A stretch of 64,000 nt of DNA, from the sequence record SRR2962707_3387, one strand, 5' to 3'. Below the pieces are notes generated by a model that was given only the letters and a program-made list of their open reading frames with translations, was not told the origin of the DNA and made no database searches. How positions within the stretch are numbered: the stretch's first letter is position 1; every line of letters starts with the position of its first letter. This document shows positions 29,590-40,131 of the stretch, piece by piece. A program made the position numbers and the translations under genes.

Positions 29590-31539
29590 TCAGCTCAAGC
29601 GAAGGACTTTGCCATCTTTATCGTGGTGTTCAGGAATTGCCGCCCCGGTTTTACACCAAACCAGATCAGCCACATCACCGTTAGGCGCATAGGCCGTTCG
29701 GGCTTCTATTAAAATATTCAATGCGGCTTTACAGTCAAAGCTCTGGCTGGCTCTTGTGAGTCGCCCCAGATACTCCTCAACTTCCTCCCATGTCAATGAC
29801 ACTTCGCGCGCCATCAATATTCTTGGGTGAGCCGTACCCTGGGGGTTATCGCCTATCAGCAATTCCTCGAAAAGCTTTTCCCCCGGCCGTAACCCGGTAT
29901 AGACAATCTCAATATCGCCGCCCGGAGATTCTGAAGTTTTCTCTTCAAGCCCCATCAAGTGGATCATCTTACGGGCAAGGTCGGCTATTCTTACCGGCTC
30001 TCCCATATCCAACACGTAAACCTCTCCCCCCTGCCCCATGCTACCAGCCTGCAGCACCAACTGGCTGGCTTCCGGAATGGTCATGAAGTAGCGGATGATA
30101 TCCGGGTGCGTCACGGTGACTGGCCCACCATCACGAATCTGGTCTCGAAAAAGAGGTACCACAGATCCAGACGACCCCAGCACGTTCCCGAAACGAACCA
30201 TAGAAAAAACAGTCTGGCTCTGGCGTTGCGACAAGCCCTGCAGCACAAGCTCTGCCATACGCTTGGTCGCACCCATCACATTGGTTGGGCGAACGGCCTT
30301 ATCTGTTGAGATCAACACAAATCGCTCGACACCTGCTGCTATGGCCGCTTCGGCCGTATGCCAGGTACCAAACACATTATTCTGTATGCCTTCGATGACG
30401 TTATGCTCTACCAAAGGCACGTGCTTGTATGCAGCCGCATGATAGACCGCTTGCACACCAAAAGCCTTCAAAACGGCCTCACACCGCCTTCTATGGGTCA
30501 CACTTCCAAGAATCGCGTGTATGGTCACATCAAGATTTTCGATCTGACTGATCGACCGAAGTTCTCGCTCAATGGAGTACAGTGAAAACTCAGATTGTTC
30601 AAACAGAACCAACATTCTGGGCTTGTGCCGGATAATCTGTCGACACAACTCAGAGCCGATGGAACCACCGGCGCCGGTTACCATCACCGATTTTCCGTAA
30701 AGGCTCTCAGATACAATTGCCGTATCAGGCCGAACAGGATCACGCCCCAATAGGTCCTCAATCTCCAAATCCCTGATGTCGTTAATTCGTGCCTGACCGG
30801 CAACGAGTTCGGACATAGACGGGACTGTCTGAACCGGAATGGACAATTTTTCCAAAGACGCGAGTAACTGCTTCCTGTTTACTGGTATCGCATCCTCTAG
30901 AGCCAGTAACGCCCGGGATGCATCAAGCTCCCTTACAGCCTTGTCCAGATGTTCAACCGAATAGACCGGTAATCCACCGATAACCGAGCGGTGATTCCCT
31001 TTGAGCAATGAAACAAATCCAACCGGCCGATACTCAACACCCTGCGCGAGAGCGGAAGCCAACTGCATGCCCTTTGCGCCAGCTCCTACAATTAAAACGC
31101 TATTCTTTGCCTTTTCTCGTGGGCGTCTCACAACAGACCTGATCGTGAAACGCGTCCCGGCCACAAGCAGAAACGCAAAGGCTCCATATATGACTGGAAC
31201 AGAACGCGGAACCAGAGCTTGAAATAGAAAACCACAGACAATCAATGACACACTGGAGAAAGCAACACCAATGATAATGGCCAGAAAAGCGTGCTCGCTA
31301 AGATAACGGATAACCGCTCGATACAAACCCAACTTAACAAAGGCGCCAATGGTAACGAAGACCGTAGCCAAAGAAACTGCCAGTTGTTTGCTGTCTGGCA
31401 ACCAGGTACTTGATTCAAATCTAAGTGCAAACGCACCCCAAATAGCGACCGATAATAAGACAAAATCGACTACCACAGATACAGAACGCTTCTGGGGCCG
31501 AGACCAATTCAACACAGCTTCAATGATTCTACTAGCCAA
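29590..31539 (-). CDS. Membrane-anchored UDP-GlcNAc 4,6-dehydratase (WbpM/PglF/CapD family)
   Basis: Four N-terminal TM segments, IEDLLGR, VTGAGGSIGSEL, HAAAYKHVP, STDKAVRPTNVMGATKR, VRFGNVLGSSGSV; TTG start at 31539 chosen on GGAGG RBS. Confidence 0.92.
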   Translation of the reverse strand: MASRIIEAVLNWSRPQKRSVSVVVDFVLLSVAIWGAFALRFESSTWLPDSKQLAVSLATVFVTIGAFVKLGLYRAVIRYLSEHAFLAIIIGVAFSSVSLIVCGFLFQALVPRSVPVIYGAFAFLLVAGTRFTIRSVVRRPREKAKNSVLIVGAGAKGMQLASALAQGVEYRPVGFVSLLKGNHRSVIGGLPVYSVEHLDKAVRELDASRALLALEDAIPVNRKQLLASLEKLSIPVQTVPSMSELVAGQARINDIRDLEIEDLLGRDPVRPDTAIVSESLYGKSVMVTGAGGSIGSELCRQIIRHKPRMLVLFEQSEFSLYSIERELRSISQIENLDVTIHAILGSVTHRRRCEAVLKAFGVQAVYHAAAYKHVPLVEHNVIEGIQNNVFGTWHTAEAAIAAGVERFVLISTDKAVRPTNVMGATKRMAELVLQGLSQRQSQTVFSMVRFGNVLGSSGSVVPLFRDQIRDGGPVTVTHPDIIRYFMTIPEASQLVLQAGSMGQGGEVYVLDMGEPVRIADLARKMIHLMGLEEKTSESPGGDIEIVYTGLRPGEKLFEELLIGDNPQGTAHPRILMAREVSLTWEEVEEYLGRLTRASQSFDCKAALNILIEARTAYAPNGDVADLVWCKTGAAIPEHHDKDGKVLRLS

Positions 31540-31543
31540 GTTT

Positions 31544-32101
31544 TTAGCCTCCACGACGTACCCGATCACCTGCTCCCTTTCCTGAAACAGTCTGGATGAT
31601 GTAGGCAAAGTACTTCCCGACACTCAACGATTGGAGCATCTCCGAGTCAGTCTTGGCCAGAAGCTCGGGCGTTGACATGTCAATACCACTGACTTGAGCG
31701 AGACCGGTGATCCCGGGCCTAGCGTCCAGCACACCTCGTTTTTCGCGCTCCTGAATCAACTCCTGCTGACTAAACAAACAAGGCCTGGGACCAACAAGAC
31801 TCATATCACCTTTCAGTACATTCCATAACTGAGGAAGCTCATCCAACTTCGAGCCTCGCAGAAATCGGCCAAAACGGGTTATGTCATCAACATTGGCCAA
31901 ATGCGTGGCAACGGAAGCCGCGGTCTTCCTCATCGTCCGAAATTTAACGAGCCTAAAAGGCTTCCCGTGACGTCCTACCCGCTCCTGAACAAAAATTGGT
32001 GACCCGGTGTCAAGCAAGCCTACCAAGTACAAAAGTACCATGATTGGAAAGCCAACAATCAGTCCCACAAAAGCGATCCAAATATCCAAAAGCCGTATCA
32101 C
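31544..32101 (-). CDS. Initiating phosphoglycosyl transferase (PglC-like sugar transferase)
   Basis: KFRTM, LRGSKLDELPQLWNVLKGDMSLVGPRP, RPGITGLAQV. Confidence 0.92.
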   Translation of the reverse strand: MIRLLDIWIAFVGLIVGFPIMVLLYLVGLLDTGSPIFVQERVGRHGKPFRLVKFRTMRKTAASVATHLANVDDITRFGRFLRGSKLDELPQLWNVLKGDMSLVGPRPCLFSQQELIQEREKRGVLDARPGITGLAQVSGIDMSTPELLAKTDSEMLQSLSVGKYFAYIIQTVSGKGAGDRVRRGG

Positions 32102-33054
32102 AGGGACACCTCCTCACGCCCAAGCCTTTTTACCTCGTCCAGTGTATTTGCCACGTTTTGCCACCCTAATTCTCGAACGGCTTTACCGGCATCTACAACA
32201 AGATCGCCAAAAAGTTGTTGATATATCGGGCGTTTCCCTAATAACAAAAACGTTGATCTAGCTAGAGTTCTTGGAAAGGGGAAGACCCCCGGCCTTTTAT
32301 TCATCCCCGATCTGATGGATACAATCAGATCCTTTGTAGAAACAGGGTATTTATCAGCAGCAACATATACCTGGTTCTTGGCCGCCTTTTGTTCCATACA
32401 AAGAACAATAAGATCAATGAGGCTGTTAACGGAGACAAAACTTCTACGATTAGTTGCCATTCCCAACGGCAACATAATTGGACTGCGACATGCCTTGATC
32501 AATCGCGCAAAGTTACCTGGAGCATTCACTCCATATACCAAGGTCGGCCTAATGATTGCGTAGCTCGTTTCCTGGTCCGCCAAAGCATCTTGAAGTGCCT
32601 GCTCGGCCAATACCTTAGACTCAGCGTAATTGGCGTGTGGCTTCAGCTCGCTGTCCTCTCTAAGAGGCTGTCCTTCGCTTTTGTCTCCATGCACCCCGAT
32701 AGAACTCAACAGCACAAACCGACAAGCTTTTGCCGTCGCCGCAGCCTCAGCCAAAGCGCGTGTCGGATCAACATTACTTTTCACAAATGACTGAAGGGTC
32801 TGCTCAGCTTTGCCACCTTTGCCATGAGCTCGACCAGCAAGATGAACTACGTAGCAAACATCCCGAACCAAGTCTTGTACATCTGTCGTTGTTTCCAGAT
32901 CTAGTGCCACATAGGACACGCCTTGCACTGGCTCATCGCCACCTGGACGAATAACAGCACGAACTAAAAACCCTTGATCCACCAGTCGCTTACACAACGC
33001 ACGACCAATAAACCCTGATGCACCAGTGACCAAGACTCTTTTTGGCGCCCCCAT
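32098..33054 (-). CDS. NAD-dependent epimerase/reductase (WbpV-like)
   Basis: VTGASGFIG, HLAGRAH, LSSIGV.G, YAESK, RPTLVYG. Confidence 0.85.
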   Translation of the reverse strand: MGAPKRVLVTGASGFIGRALCKRLVDQGFLVRAVIRPGGDEPVQGVSYVALDLETTTDVQDLVRDVCYVVHLAGRAHGKGGKAEQTLQSFVKSNVDPTRALAEAAATAKACRFVLLSSIGVHGDKSEGQPLREDSELKPHANYAESKVLAEQALQDALADQETSYAIIRPTLVYGVNAPGNFARLIKACRSPIMLPLGMATNRRSFVSVNSLIDLIVLCMEQKAAKNQVYVAADKYPVSTKDLIVSIRSGMNKRPGVFPFPRTLARSTFLLLGKRPIYQQLFGDLVVDAGKAVRELGWQNVANTLDEVKRLGREEVSL

Positions 33055-33057
33055 ATA

Positions 33058-34005
33058 TCAGTCAAGGTCCGCTATTTTTAAAAGCTCATCAAAATAAGAT
33101 ATGGTTTTGGTAAGTCCTTCGTCCAACTCAATGGTCGGGGACCACTTGAGCCGATCTTTTGCCAAGGAAATATCAGGTTGCCTCTGCTTGGGGTCGTCCT
33201 CTGGCAGGGGCTTAAAAATGAGCGTCGAGGAAGAACCTGTTAACTCTATGACTCGCTCTGCAAGTTCCCGTATCGTAAACTCATTCGGATTTCCAAGATT
33301 AACCGGCCCAGTCAAATCTTCCGGCGCATTCATGAGCCTGACAAATCCCTCAATCAAGTCGTCAACATAGCAGAAACTACGGGTTTGCTGACCTTCACCA
33401 TAGATCGTTATGTTTTCTCCACGCAATGCTTGAACAACAAAGTTGCTGACAACCCGGCCATCGTTCGGATGCATTCGCGGACCATACGTATTAAATATGC
33501 GAGCAACTTTGATTGAGAGGTTGTGCTGACGGTAGTAGTCGAAGAACAACGTTTCAGCACAGCGCTTCCCCTCGTCATAACAAGAACGGATTCCTATCGG
33601 GTTTACCTTACCCCAGTACCCTTCCGATTGCGGATGTACCTCAGGATCCCCGTAAACTTCGCTTGTAGAGGCCTGAAAAATTCTCGCACCCAACCGCTTG
33701 GCAAGACCAAGCATGTTTATAGCCCCGTGAACACTCGTTTTCGTGGTCTGGACTGGATCGTGCTGATAGTGAACAGGAGAAGCAGGGCAGGCAAGGTTGT
33801 AAATCTGATCAACCTCGACGTACAACGGAAAGGTGACGTCATGGCGCATCACCTCAAAATAGGGATTGCTCATCAAATGAGCAATATTGCGTTTTCGCCC
33901 TGTGAAAAAGTTGTCAACACACAAGACATCATGCCCTTCGGAGAGCAGCCGTTCGCACAAGTGGGAGCCGAGAAAGCCCGCACCACCAGTTACCAGAATC
34001 CGCAT
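33058..34005 (-). CDS. uxs: UDP-glucuronate decarboxylase (UDP-xylose synthase)
   Basis: [54 protein letters not shown]. Confidence 0.9.
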   Translation of the reverse strand: MRILVTGGAGFLGSHLCERLLSEGHDVLCVDNFFTGRKRNIAHLMSNPYFEVMRHDVTFPLYVEVDQIYNLACPASPVHYQHDPVQTTKTSVHGAINMLGLAKRLGARIFQASTSEVYGDPEVHPQSEGYWGKVNPIGIRSCYDEGKRCAETLFFDYYRQHNLSIKVARIFNTYGPRMHPNDGRVVSNFVVQALRGENITIYGEGQQTRSFCYVDDLIEGFVRLMNAPEDLTGPVNLGNPNEFTIRELAERVIELTGSSSTLIFKPLPEDDPKQRQPDISLAKDRLKWSPTIELDEGLTKTISYFDELLKIADLD

Positions 34006-34006
34006 A

Positions 34007-34798
34007 TCACATACCCTTCTTTAAAAATCGGAAGTAAAAACCACCCAGAACGTGCGTAAAAGTGAAGGCCAACGCAGCGATGCGAGAGCGCCCCGGGTAC
34101 TCCCGATGAACCATCAAAACCTTTTTCATCATCATCAGCTTGGAGCCGGAAATCTGACCCTCGCTTCTGCGGTAATAAAGCAGCGGAACCTGAAGTTTCA
34201 CGCAGACACCGACCATTTGCAGCACTTGCAACCAGCAATGATAGTCCTCGACCGCTTTGTAATCCGAGTCCTCCCTGAACGGAGCTCGCATCAACAACGC
34301 TTTAGACGCAATTACACTCGAAGTAGGAATCTGAGCTCTGACAGTCTGGCTCCAATAGGTCACCTTGGTCTGCTCCACATTATCGATGGAGGGAAATGAC
34401 AGATGACTCTCATCAACAAAATCGGTCATTGCGGTGCAAACAAACGCGGCCTCAGTATTATTGATCACTTCGAGCTGAAGCCGTAGTTTTTCTGGATGCC
34501 AGATATCATCTGAGTCCAGGAACGCGACAAGGTCAGCACGAGCTGCCTTGACCCCGACATTCCGTGGCCCTGCCGGGCCACCGAAGTTCTTCTCCAGCGC
34601 AATCAGGCGAATACGGGAATCTTCGTTAGATAAAGCCGTCACTACCTCTCGGGTGTTATCTGTTGAGCAATCATCGACAACAATCAACTCCCAGTCTTCA
34701 TCGGATTGCCCCAACACTGATTGAATGGTCTCGGCAATGAAAGCACTGGCGTTATAGGCCGGCATAACGACAGACACTCTTGGTTGACTACTTATCAT
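34007..34798 (-). CDS. GT2 glycosyltransferase
   Basis: [30 protein letters not shown]. Confidence 0.92.
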   Translation of the reverse strand: MISSQPRVSVVMPAYNASAFIAETIQSVLGQSDEDWELIVVDDCSTDNTREVVTALSNEDSRIRLIALEKNFGGPAGPRNVGVKAARADLVAFLDSDDIWHPEKLRLQLEVINNTEAAFVCTAMTDFVDESHLSFPSIDNVEQTKVTYWSQTVRAQIPTSSVIASKALLMRAPFREDSDYKAVEDYHCWLQVLQMVGVCVKLQVPLLYYRRSEGQISGSKLMMMKKVLMVHREYPGRSRIAALAFTFTHVLGGFYFRFLKKGM

Positions 34799-36351
34799 TG
34801 CGCCCGGTCTCCTCTAGCGAACTTTGCCCTCAAGCAGTCAATCCAGCGAAAGCCCGGGCGTCTTTTAATAGATAGCGGTTCCCCCGGCTCAATTGGAACC
34901 GAGTAATCAGCCAATTTTCCCCAATCTGCCTGTTCCATTGCCTGAACTACCTCATTCTCGCCGACATCCGATTCGGCAAACTGCGGATCGTCTGGTTCGA
35001 TTCGTCCCTGCTTGAACATCTCGATGACGACAGATGCATCCGCACCCTTGAAATACCTGTATTTAGTCGTTTCAATCGCCTTCACAAATGGCACAAACTG
35101 CGGAAACCTATGCGATCGAACGTATAAAAATCTCAATGTCTTTCGACGAATCAACTCGGGATCCAGGTCAAGCTGGGAACTGCTGTTGAACAGCTCGTTT
35201 CTCGAGCGAAAAACGTGAACGAAACCGGCATCCTGATATGTTGATGGCCCGAGACAGACGACCTGTTTGCCACACGCACCGGCCTCGACAGAAGAACTTC
35301 CTCCATTGAGAACAACGATGTCTGCCTGTTGAATCAGGTCGTAAGTATTTGCCTTCTCCTCACTGCGAATACAATAGATCCCCCTTTTTTCGGCCCACTG
35401 GGTATAAAGCCGGAGAGATCGATCACCATCCACGTTGCCGATCTTCTCCCCCCAGTTGGGATGGCAACGGAGAACGACTTGACCAGCCCGAATCCCGAAA
35501 GCATCAAAGAAATCGTCTAATGCCTCGGTATTATCTTTCCACTCGGTAAGCCACTCATCATGACCAGCGAACTCATTCTTGCTACTGGGGAGCACCAACA
35601 CTCTTTTGCCATCAGACTTCAGTGGCCAAGGGGCCGGCTCTGGGTTCTTATTGTAAAGTCGCCACTCAAGGGAGTTTCTCTGTAAGAATCTGGAACCGAT
35701 GAGTTTTCCGGCATAAGCCGCCTGGGAAGCAGTCAGCGGCTTATCGTCAAATTCCCTTACCAATTCTCCGAGTGCTCTTAACGACAGGCAGTTTCCATTG
35801 GGAATCAACTGAATTCCATCCCCAAACCAGGTCCTTTCATGCGTAATAAAAGGCACGCCCATACTTTCGCATGCATAGGTCACCGCACGGGGCAGGTCCA
35901 TTCTGCCGTTAAAACAAATAACCCCTTCAATCTGCTCGTCCTTGATCCATTTTCGCGCGCTCTGGTAGACCTGCTTGATGGGACCTGCCAGTCTCGCTCT
36001 AATCTCGCGAACCTCCGGCTCACCCCATTCAAGCTCCGACTCAGTTCTCGTCAGCGTTGCCGAGCTGGACAAGGCCAAATCGTCAACTTCAGAATCCGTC
36101 AATACACCTTGATCCTTGCCCACCGAAGTCACGCCAGCTGTACGGTAACTACGGACACCACCGGCAATACACTGCGCGCATTCCCGGAGCCGTGACCGAT
36201 TGCGGAGCTCTCGGATATAACAGGTTTCAACCGCAGAGTCGCAAGTAAAGAAGACGACCTCATGACCAGCCTCCTCCAGCAATTGAGCCAAAAACTCCAA
36301 ATGCTCAACATGCGGCCTGAACGAGAAAAGATTGGTGAGACCTATTTTCAT
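34795..36351 (-). CDS. Capsule-biosynthesis (KpsS-like) protein, candidate ulosonic acid transferase
   Basis: 518 aa; CFNGRM, THER, LRCHPN, YDLIQQADIVV..GGSSSVEAGACGKQVV resembles the Capsule_synth fold. Confidence 0.6.
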   Translation of the reverse strand: MKIGLTNLFSFRPHVEHLEFLAQLLEEAGHEVVFFTCDSAVETCYIRELRNRSRLRECAQCIAGGVRSYRTAGVTSVGKDQGVLTDSEVDDLALSSSATLTRTESELEWGEPEVREIRARLAGPIKQVYQSARKWIKDEQIEGVICFNGRMDLPRAVTYACESMGVPFITHERTWFGDGIQLIPNGNCLSLRALGELVREFDDKPLTASQAAYAGKLIGSRFLQRNSLEWRLYNKNPEPAPWPLKSDGKRVLVLPSSKNEFAGHDEWLTEWKDNTEALDDFFDAFGIRAGQVVLRCHPNWGEKIGNVDGDRSLRLYTQWAEKRGIYCIRSEEKANTYDLIQQADIVVLNGGSSSVEAGACGKQVVCLGPSTYQDAGFVHVFRSRNELFNSSSQLDLDPELIRRKTLRFLYVRSHRFPQFVPFVKAIETTKYRYFKGADASVVIEMFKQGRIEPDDPQFAESDVGENEVVQAMEQADWGKLADYSVPIEPGEPLSIKRRPGFRWIDCLRAKFARGDRAQ

Positions 36352-37610
36352 GAAAACCTTGTATTAACCAATTGTTTTAACGTAGCGGCCATCAGAAAGA
36401 GTCCGCCTAAAAAAAAGCCAAGCAAGACCGCCAGAAGAAGGCCGGGCAAGTTAAACGGGAAAATCAAGAATGATAACAGCCAGAGTGCAATCAGGAATAC
36501 GGTAGAATACACCGCGAACCCCATATCCCCCACCCTTAAATGCCGGATACTGCCCGCAGCCAGCACTCCAAAAGCAGTAGAAACGCTCAACATGCCAACA
36601 ATGCCAAAATCACTCGTCAAAGATCCTGCCGCGGGAATCCAATATCCCTCAAAGGCAGACTGCGGGGCATCGAATCCAAAGCGCGAGAAAAAGACAGCAA
36701 AAAGCCCCTGTGGTGTAACCAAACTTTCAGGGTAGCTTGATGAGATAACAGATTCACTGAACCACACACCATGCGTTCCGTAGAGCATGACCAGATGGAA
36801 ATAATTTGAGATATCTTTCCAAGGCCCAGATTCAACGCCAAAATCACAGGCTAGATTCGTACCCTTGGTAAGATGCCCACATATATTCAGATAATATAAA
36901 TACGAATTACCACTGCCGAAGGCGACACTTCGGAACCAGAAAAACAACCCGAAAGTCAGTAGTGCCAAGACCCCAATAACAGTTAGTCTCAGAGGAGTAA
37001 AAAAGGAAGGTCGATAACTCTTACCCAGGAAATGCCGTGTAACGAAGCTCGCCAAACCGACCATAATCGTTAATAGGATTGCGGTTCGGCCACCCATTAA
37101 AAAAGAAACCGCCGCTAATTCAACAAAAACAGACACCAAGATGAAACGCAGGGTTTGAGGCTGTCGCTCTTCCCATTGAATAATCGAGCGGATTAAGGGA
37201 AAAAGATAGGAATAAAGAAAGAAGTTACCGAACACACCATAAACTGTGCTGGCGTGAACTCCTTCGTTGAGCAAAGACCGACTTTTTGCAATACCAACAG
37301 AAAAGTAATCAATTCCTCTTAAATAGTAGCGATCGTAAAACAAAGCAGCAATTGCAAGGGCACCCAACAAAAGGGCGAACAAGTCCCACCTGATACTTAC
37401 CGGCGTTGGCCAACGAGCCTCGCGATGCGGATGATGTGGCAAGACCTGCACGGTAAAACCGAAACCCACAACAAAGGCGATCACCCAAGCCAACATAAGA
37501 CCGAGATAGCCCCAATGATAATCTTCAAACACCCAACCCGTGTATCCGAAAGCGCCCAAAACGGCAACCATCGGGAACACTAGCCAAGCCAGCCCGTACC
37601 GGAACGTCAT
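36348..37610 (-). CDS. wzy: Wzy-like oligosaccharide repeat-unit polymerase
   Basis: About 10 hydrophobic segments, MGGRT motif, large periplasmic loop, SDFGIVG; follows the wzz-like gene. Confidence 0.7.
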   Translation of the reverse strand: MTFRYGLAWLVFPMVAVLGAFGYTGWVFEDYHWGYLGLMLAWVIAFVVGFGFTVQVLPHHPHREARWPTPVSIRWDLFALLLGALAIAALFYDRYYLRGIDYFSVGIAKSRSLLNEGVHASTVYGVFGNFFLYSYLFPLIRSIIQWEERQPQTLRFILVSVFVELAAVSFLMGGRTAILLTIMVGLASFVTRHFLGKSYRPSFFTPLRLTVIGVLALLTFGLFFWFRSVAFGSGNSYLYYLNICGHLTKGTNLACDFGVESGPWKDISNYFHLVMLYGTHGVWFSESVISSSYPESLVTPQGLFAVFFSRFGFDAPQSAFEGYWIPAAGSLTSDFGIVGMLSVSTAFGVLAAGSIRHLRVGDMGFAVYSTVFLIALWLLSFLIFPFNLPGLLLAVLLGFFLGGLFLMAATLKQLVNTRFS

Positions 37611-37634
37611 GTCACGCACCCAACGTACCGGAGA

Positions 37635-38372
37635 TTAAGGATTATTCTCATCCTTAACCAACTCAGCAACTTGGCGGACAAAGTAGTACGCAAGCACAAC
37701 CATTACAGATGCGACGAATGCGAAAAACACAACCAGTCCTAGTCGAACCCATAACCCAAGCCCCAGCGGCTCATCTTTCCGCTGAGCTATCACCCTGACG
37801 TCTGCGGCACGTAAGCCAGCGAGTTTCCCCTCAAGTGATATCAGTGACTCGAAAAGACCAGTACCGGGCGACGATGGGTCGTCCGGTGCGCCAGGTGCTT
37901 CGAGCGCCCTTTTTGCGAGAGCAACCTGCGATTCGAGCTTCGTTCTGGCTCTTTGTTCCAGCTCAGCCTGACGTTCGGTTAATTTTCTTGTAACATTTGA
38001 GTGGAACCAATCTATTTCTTCTTCAGTGCGTTCTTTACCATACGAATAGAGCAACACGTACCCTCCGTCAATAACATCCACACTTAAACCAAAGTCCGGA
38101 GGGTGGCCCCATTCATGCAAAAATTCTCTACGGATTTCCGGAAGCCACTGGTTGTTCATGGAGGAGACAATGGCCGGGCCAGGCTGAAGCAAACTACCCT
38201 CACCGTCTTGCGCTACCTCAACAAGGGTGACGAACTTATACGTCGGTGCAGACAACAGTTGATATCCGCCTCCCAAGACAAGTAGCGACAACAAGCTAAT
38301 GCAGAAGATTCCTTTTTTCCTGACCAAAGCCGCAGTCAGCTCTACGAGGAAGAATCGCTCAGAAGTTGACAT
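37635..38372 (-). CDS. Wzz-like chain-length determinant
   Basis: Two terminal TM helices flanking a periplasmic coiled-coil region. Confidence 0.6.
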   Translation of the reverse strand: MSTSERFFLVELTAALVRKKGIFCISLLSLLVLGGGYQLLSAPTYKFVTLVEVAQDGEGSLLQPGPAIVSSMNNQWLPEIRREFLHEWGHPPDFGLSVDVIDGGYVLLYSYGKERTEEEIDWFHSNVTRKLTERQAELEQRARTKLESQVALAKRALEAPGAPDDPSSPGTGLFESLISLEGKLAGLRAADVRVIAQRKDEPLGLGLWVRLGLVVFFAFVASVMVVLAYYFVRQVAELVKDENNP

Positions 38373-38490
38373 CAAAATCCCTAGTTAGGATGTAATTACC
38401 GCCGAGATTGCAGAAATACGCTAACTTCGGCCGAGATCGATAGACGGGAGATCATTTTACGGCAAGATGTCGTGGTTTTCAGTAACGAAA

Positions 38491-38528
38491 ATGTAAGAAC
38501 CCCCGAAGGAGCTCGGGGGTTCTTACAT
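38491..38528. terminator. Perfect 16-bp inverted repeat after pseI, probable terminator
   Basis: ATGTAAGAACCCCCGA-AGGAGC-TCGGGGGTTCTTACAT, followed on the minus strand by TTTCGTT. Confidence 0.8.
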
Positions 38529-38554
38529 GACAACCGCACATCCCTACCAGTGCG

Positions 38555-39613
38555 TCAGGTATCCGAAAGCAGCTCAAACGAAACTGGCGAATTACAGGTC
38601 ACATCCACCTTCAAGCGCTTTCCAATAACCTCATCCATATACTTCGGCGCAACGCCGTAGCCAGGTCTTACACTTCTGATTGCGGCAACGTCGACAACAT
38701 CTCCTGCCTTCAGATCTTTTACAAAATACAGTGAACGTCGAAACTGCGCATTACCCTGCTCACTGGATTTCCGGCCATAATCTACCTCACCAAGAGCTTT
38801 CCAGGCAGTTTTGCTATCTCGACATAATGCAGTCAGATCCTCAGGTTCGAGGGAGAAGCTATCATCCGGCCCTCCGCCATTCCGATCGAGTGTGAAGTGC
38901 TTTTCAATAATCGAGGCACCCAAAACGACACTTGCAATCGCAGTAGTATTGTCCAGCGTATGATCCGATAACCCTGTTACCAATCCGAAGCGCTCGATCA
39001 TGTCTGGAATCGTACGCAGATTATAGTCCTCGGCTGGCGCAGGATAGCCGCTCACGCAGTGGAGAATCGCTAATTCCTTGCACCCACCCTCTCGAGCCGC
39101 TTCGATAGCCTCCTGAATTTCCTCTGCATCGGCCATGCCGGTCGAGATGATCATGGGCTTACCGGTACTGGCGACATACCGAATGAGCGGAAGATCTACA
39201 GCCTCAAACGATGCAATCTTGTAGGCCGGTGCATTGAGATTTTCCAGCAAATCCACCGCTGAAGTATCAAAAGGAGAACTGAAAATAGGGATACCGAGTT
39301 CTCTGGCGCGCTTGAACAGAGGTTCATGCCACTCCCAGGGCATGTGGGCTTCCTCATATAATTCATAAAGAGTACGGCCATCCCACAATCCACCCTTAAT
39401 TCGAAAATCTTCAGCAGTGGAATCCAGAGTAATAGTGTCTGGACGGTATGTTTGCAGCTTCACCGCATCAGCTCCGGCTCGAGCCGCTTCCTCAATAATC
39501 TGCAAAGCCGTTTCGAGCCGTCCGTTATGGTTCGCCGAGAGTTCCGCAATGATATAGGGCGAATGATTACGTGAAATCTGTCGACCTGCGATCGAGATTA
39601 CCGGATTACTCAT
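38555..39613 (-). CDS. pseI: Pseudaminic acid synthase
   Basis: IAELSANHNG, KLQTY.PDTIT, YKIASFE, GLSDHT, IEKHFTL, FRRSLY; last gene of the pse cluster. Confidence 0.95.
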   Translation of the reverse strand: MSNPVISIAGRQISRNHSPYIIAELSANHNGRLETALQIIEEAARAGADAVKLQTYRPDTITLDSTAEDFRIKGGLWDGRTLYELYEEAHMPWEWHEPLFKRARELGIPIFSSPFDTSAVDLLENLNAPAYKIASFEAVDLPLIRYVASTGKPMIISTGMADAEEIQEAIEAAREGGCKELAILHCVSGYPAPAEDYNLRTIPDMIERFGLVTGLSDHTLDNTTAIASVVLGASIIEKHFTLDRNGGGPDDSFSLEPEDLTALCRDSKTAWKALGEVDYGRKSSEQGNAQFRRSLYFVKDLKAGDVVDVAAIRSVRPGYGVAPKYMDEVIGKRLKVDVTCNSPVSFELLSDT

Positions 39614-39624
39614 CTTTGAATTCC

Positions 39625-40131
39625 TTAAATGTTTGCCTGCCACTCGTGCTCCAGCAACCCGAAGCACACGACATCATGATAAACGGCACCGTCATAATGC
39701 TGCTCTCTCAGCACACCTTCCTGCCTGAAGCCCAGCCGACGGTGGAAGGCGATCGATTTTTCGTTAAACGAAAGCGCCTGACCGCAGAGCTTATGCAGAC
39801 GCAAATCACCAAACGCAAACGATAATGCTGCGCTCCCCAGCAGTTTCCCCATACCTTTTGGAGCGTCCGGAGACATATAAAACCCCCAATCGGCTACTGA
39901 ATCACACCGACCTTGAGTGATGTTCACGAACCCAAGATCTCGCCCATCATGCTCATAGATCATCAGGTGCACGGCCGGGTTTTCTCTCGCTTTGGCATAC
40001 CATGCAGAATGCTCCTTGAGCTCAATCTCATGAGTCGTATACATGTAGCGGCGGACGTTGGGGTGATTTCTCCATGCAAGCACCAACTCGAGATCTGAAG
40101 CCTGCATTTTTCTGAGCCTATCGCTCTCCAC
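39625..40131 (-). CDS. pseH: UDP-4-amino-4,6-dideoxy-N-acetyl-beta-L-altrosamine N-acetyltransferase
   Basis: WRNHPNVRRYMYT.HEI, WGFY, FH.RLGF..EG GNAT fold; position in cluster. Confidence 0.9.
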   Translation of the reverse strand: MESDRLRKMQASDLELVLAWRNHPNVRRYMYTTHEIELKEHSAWYAKARENPAVHLMIYEHDGRDLGFVNITQGRCDSVADWGFYMSPDAPKGMGKLLGSAALSFAFGDLRLHKLCGQALSFNEKSIAFHRRLGFRQEGVLREQHYDGAVYHDVVCFGLLEHEWQANI

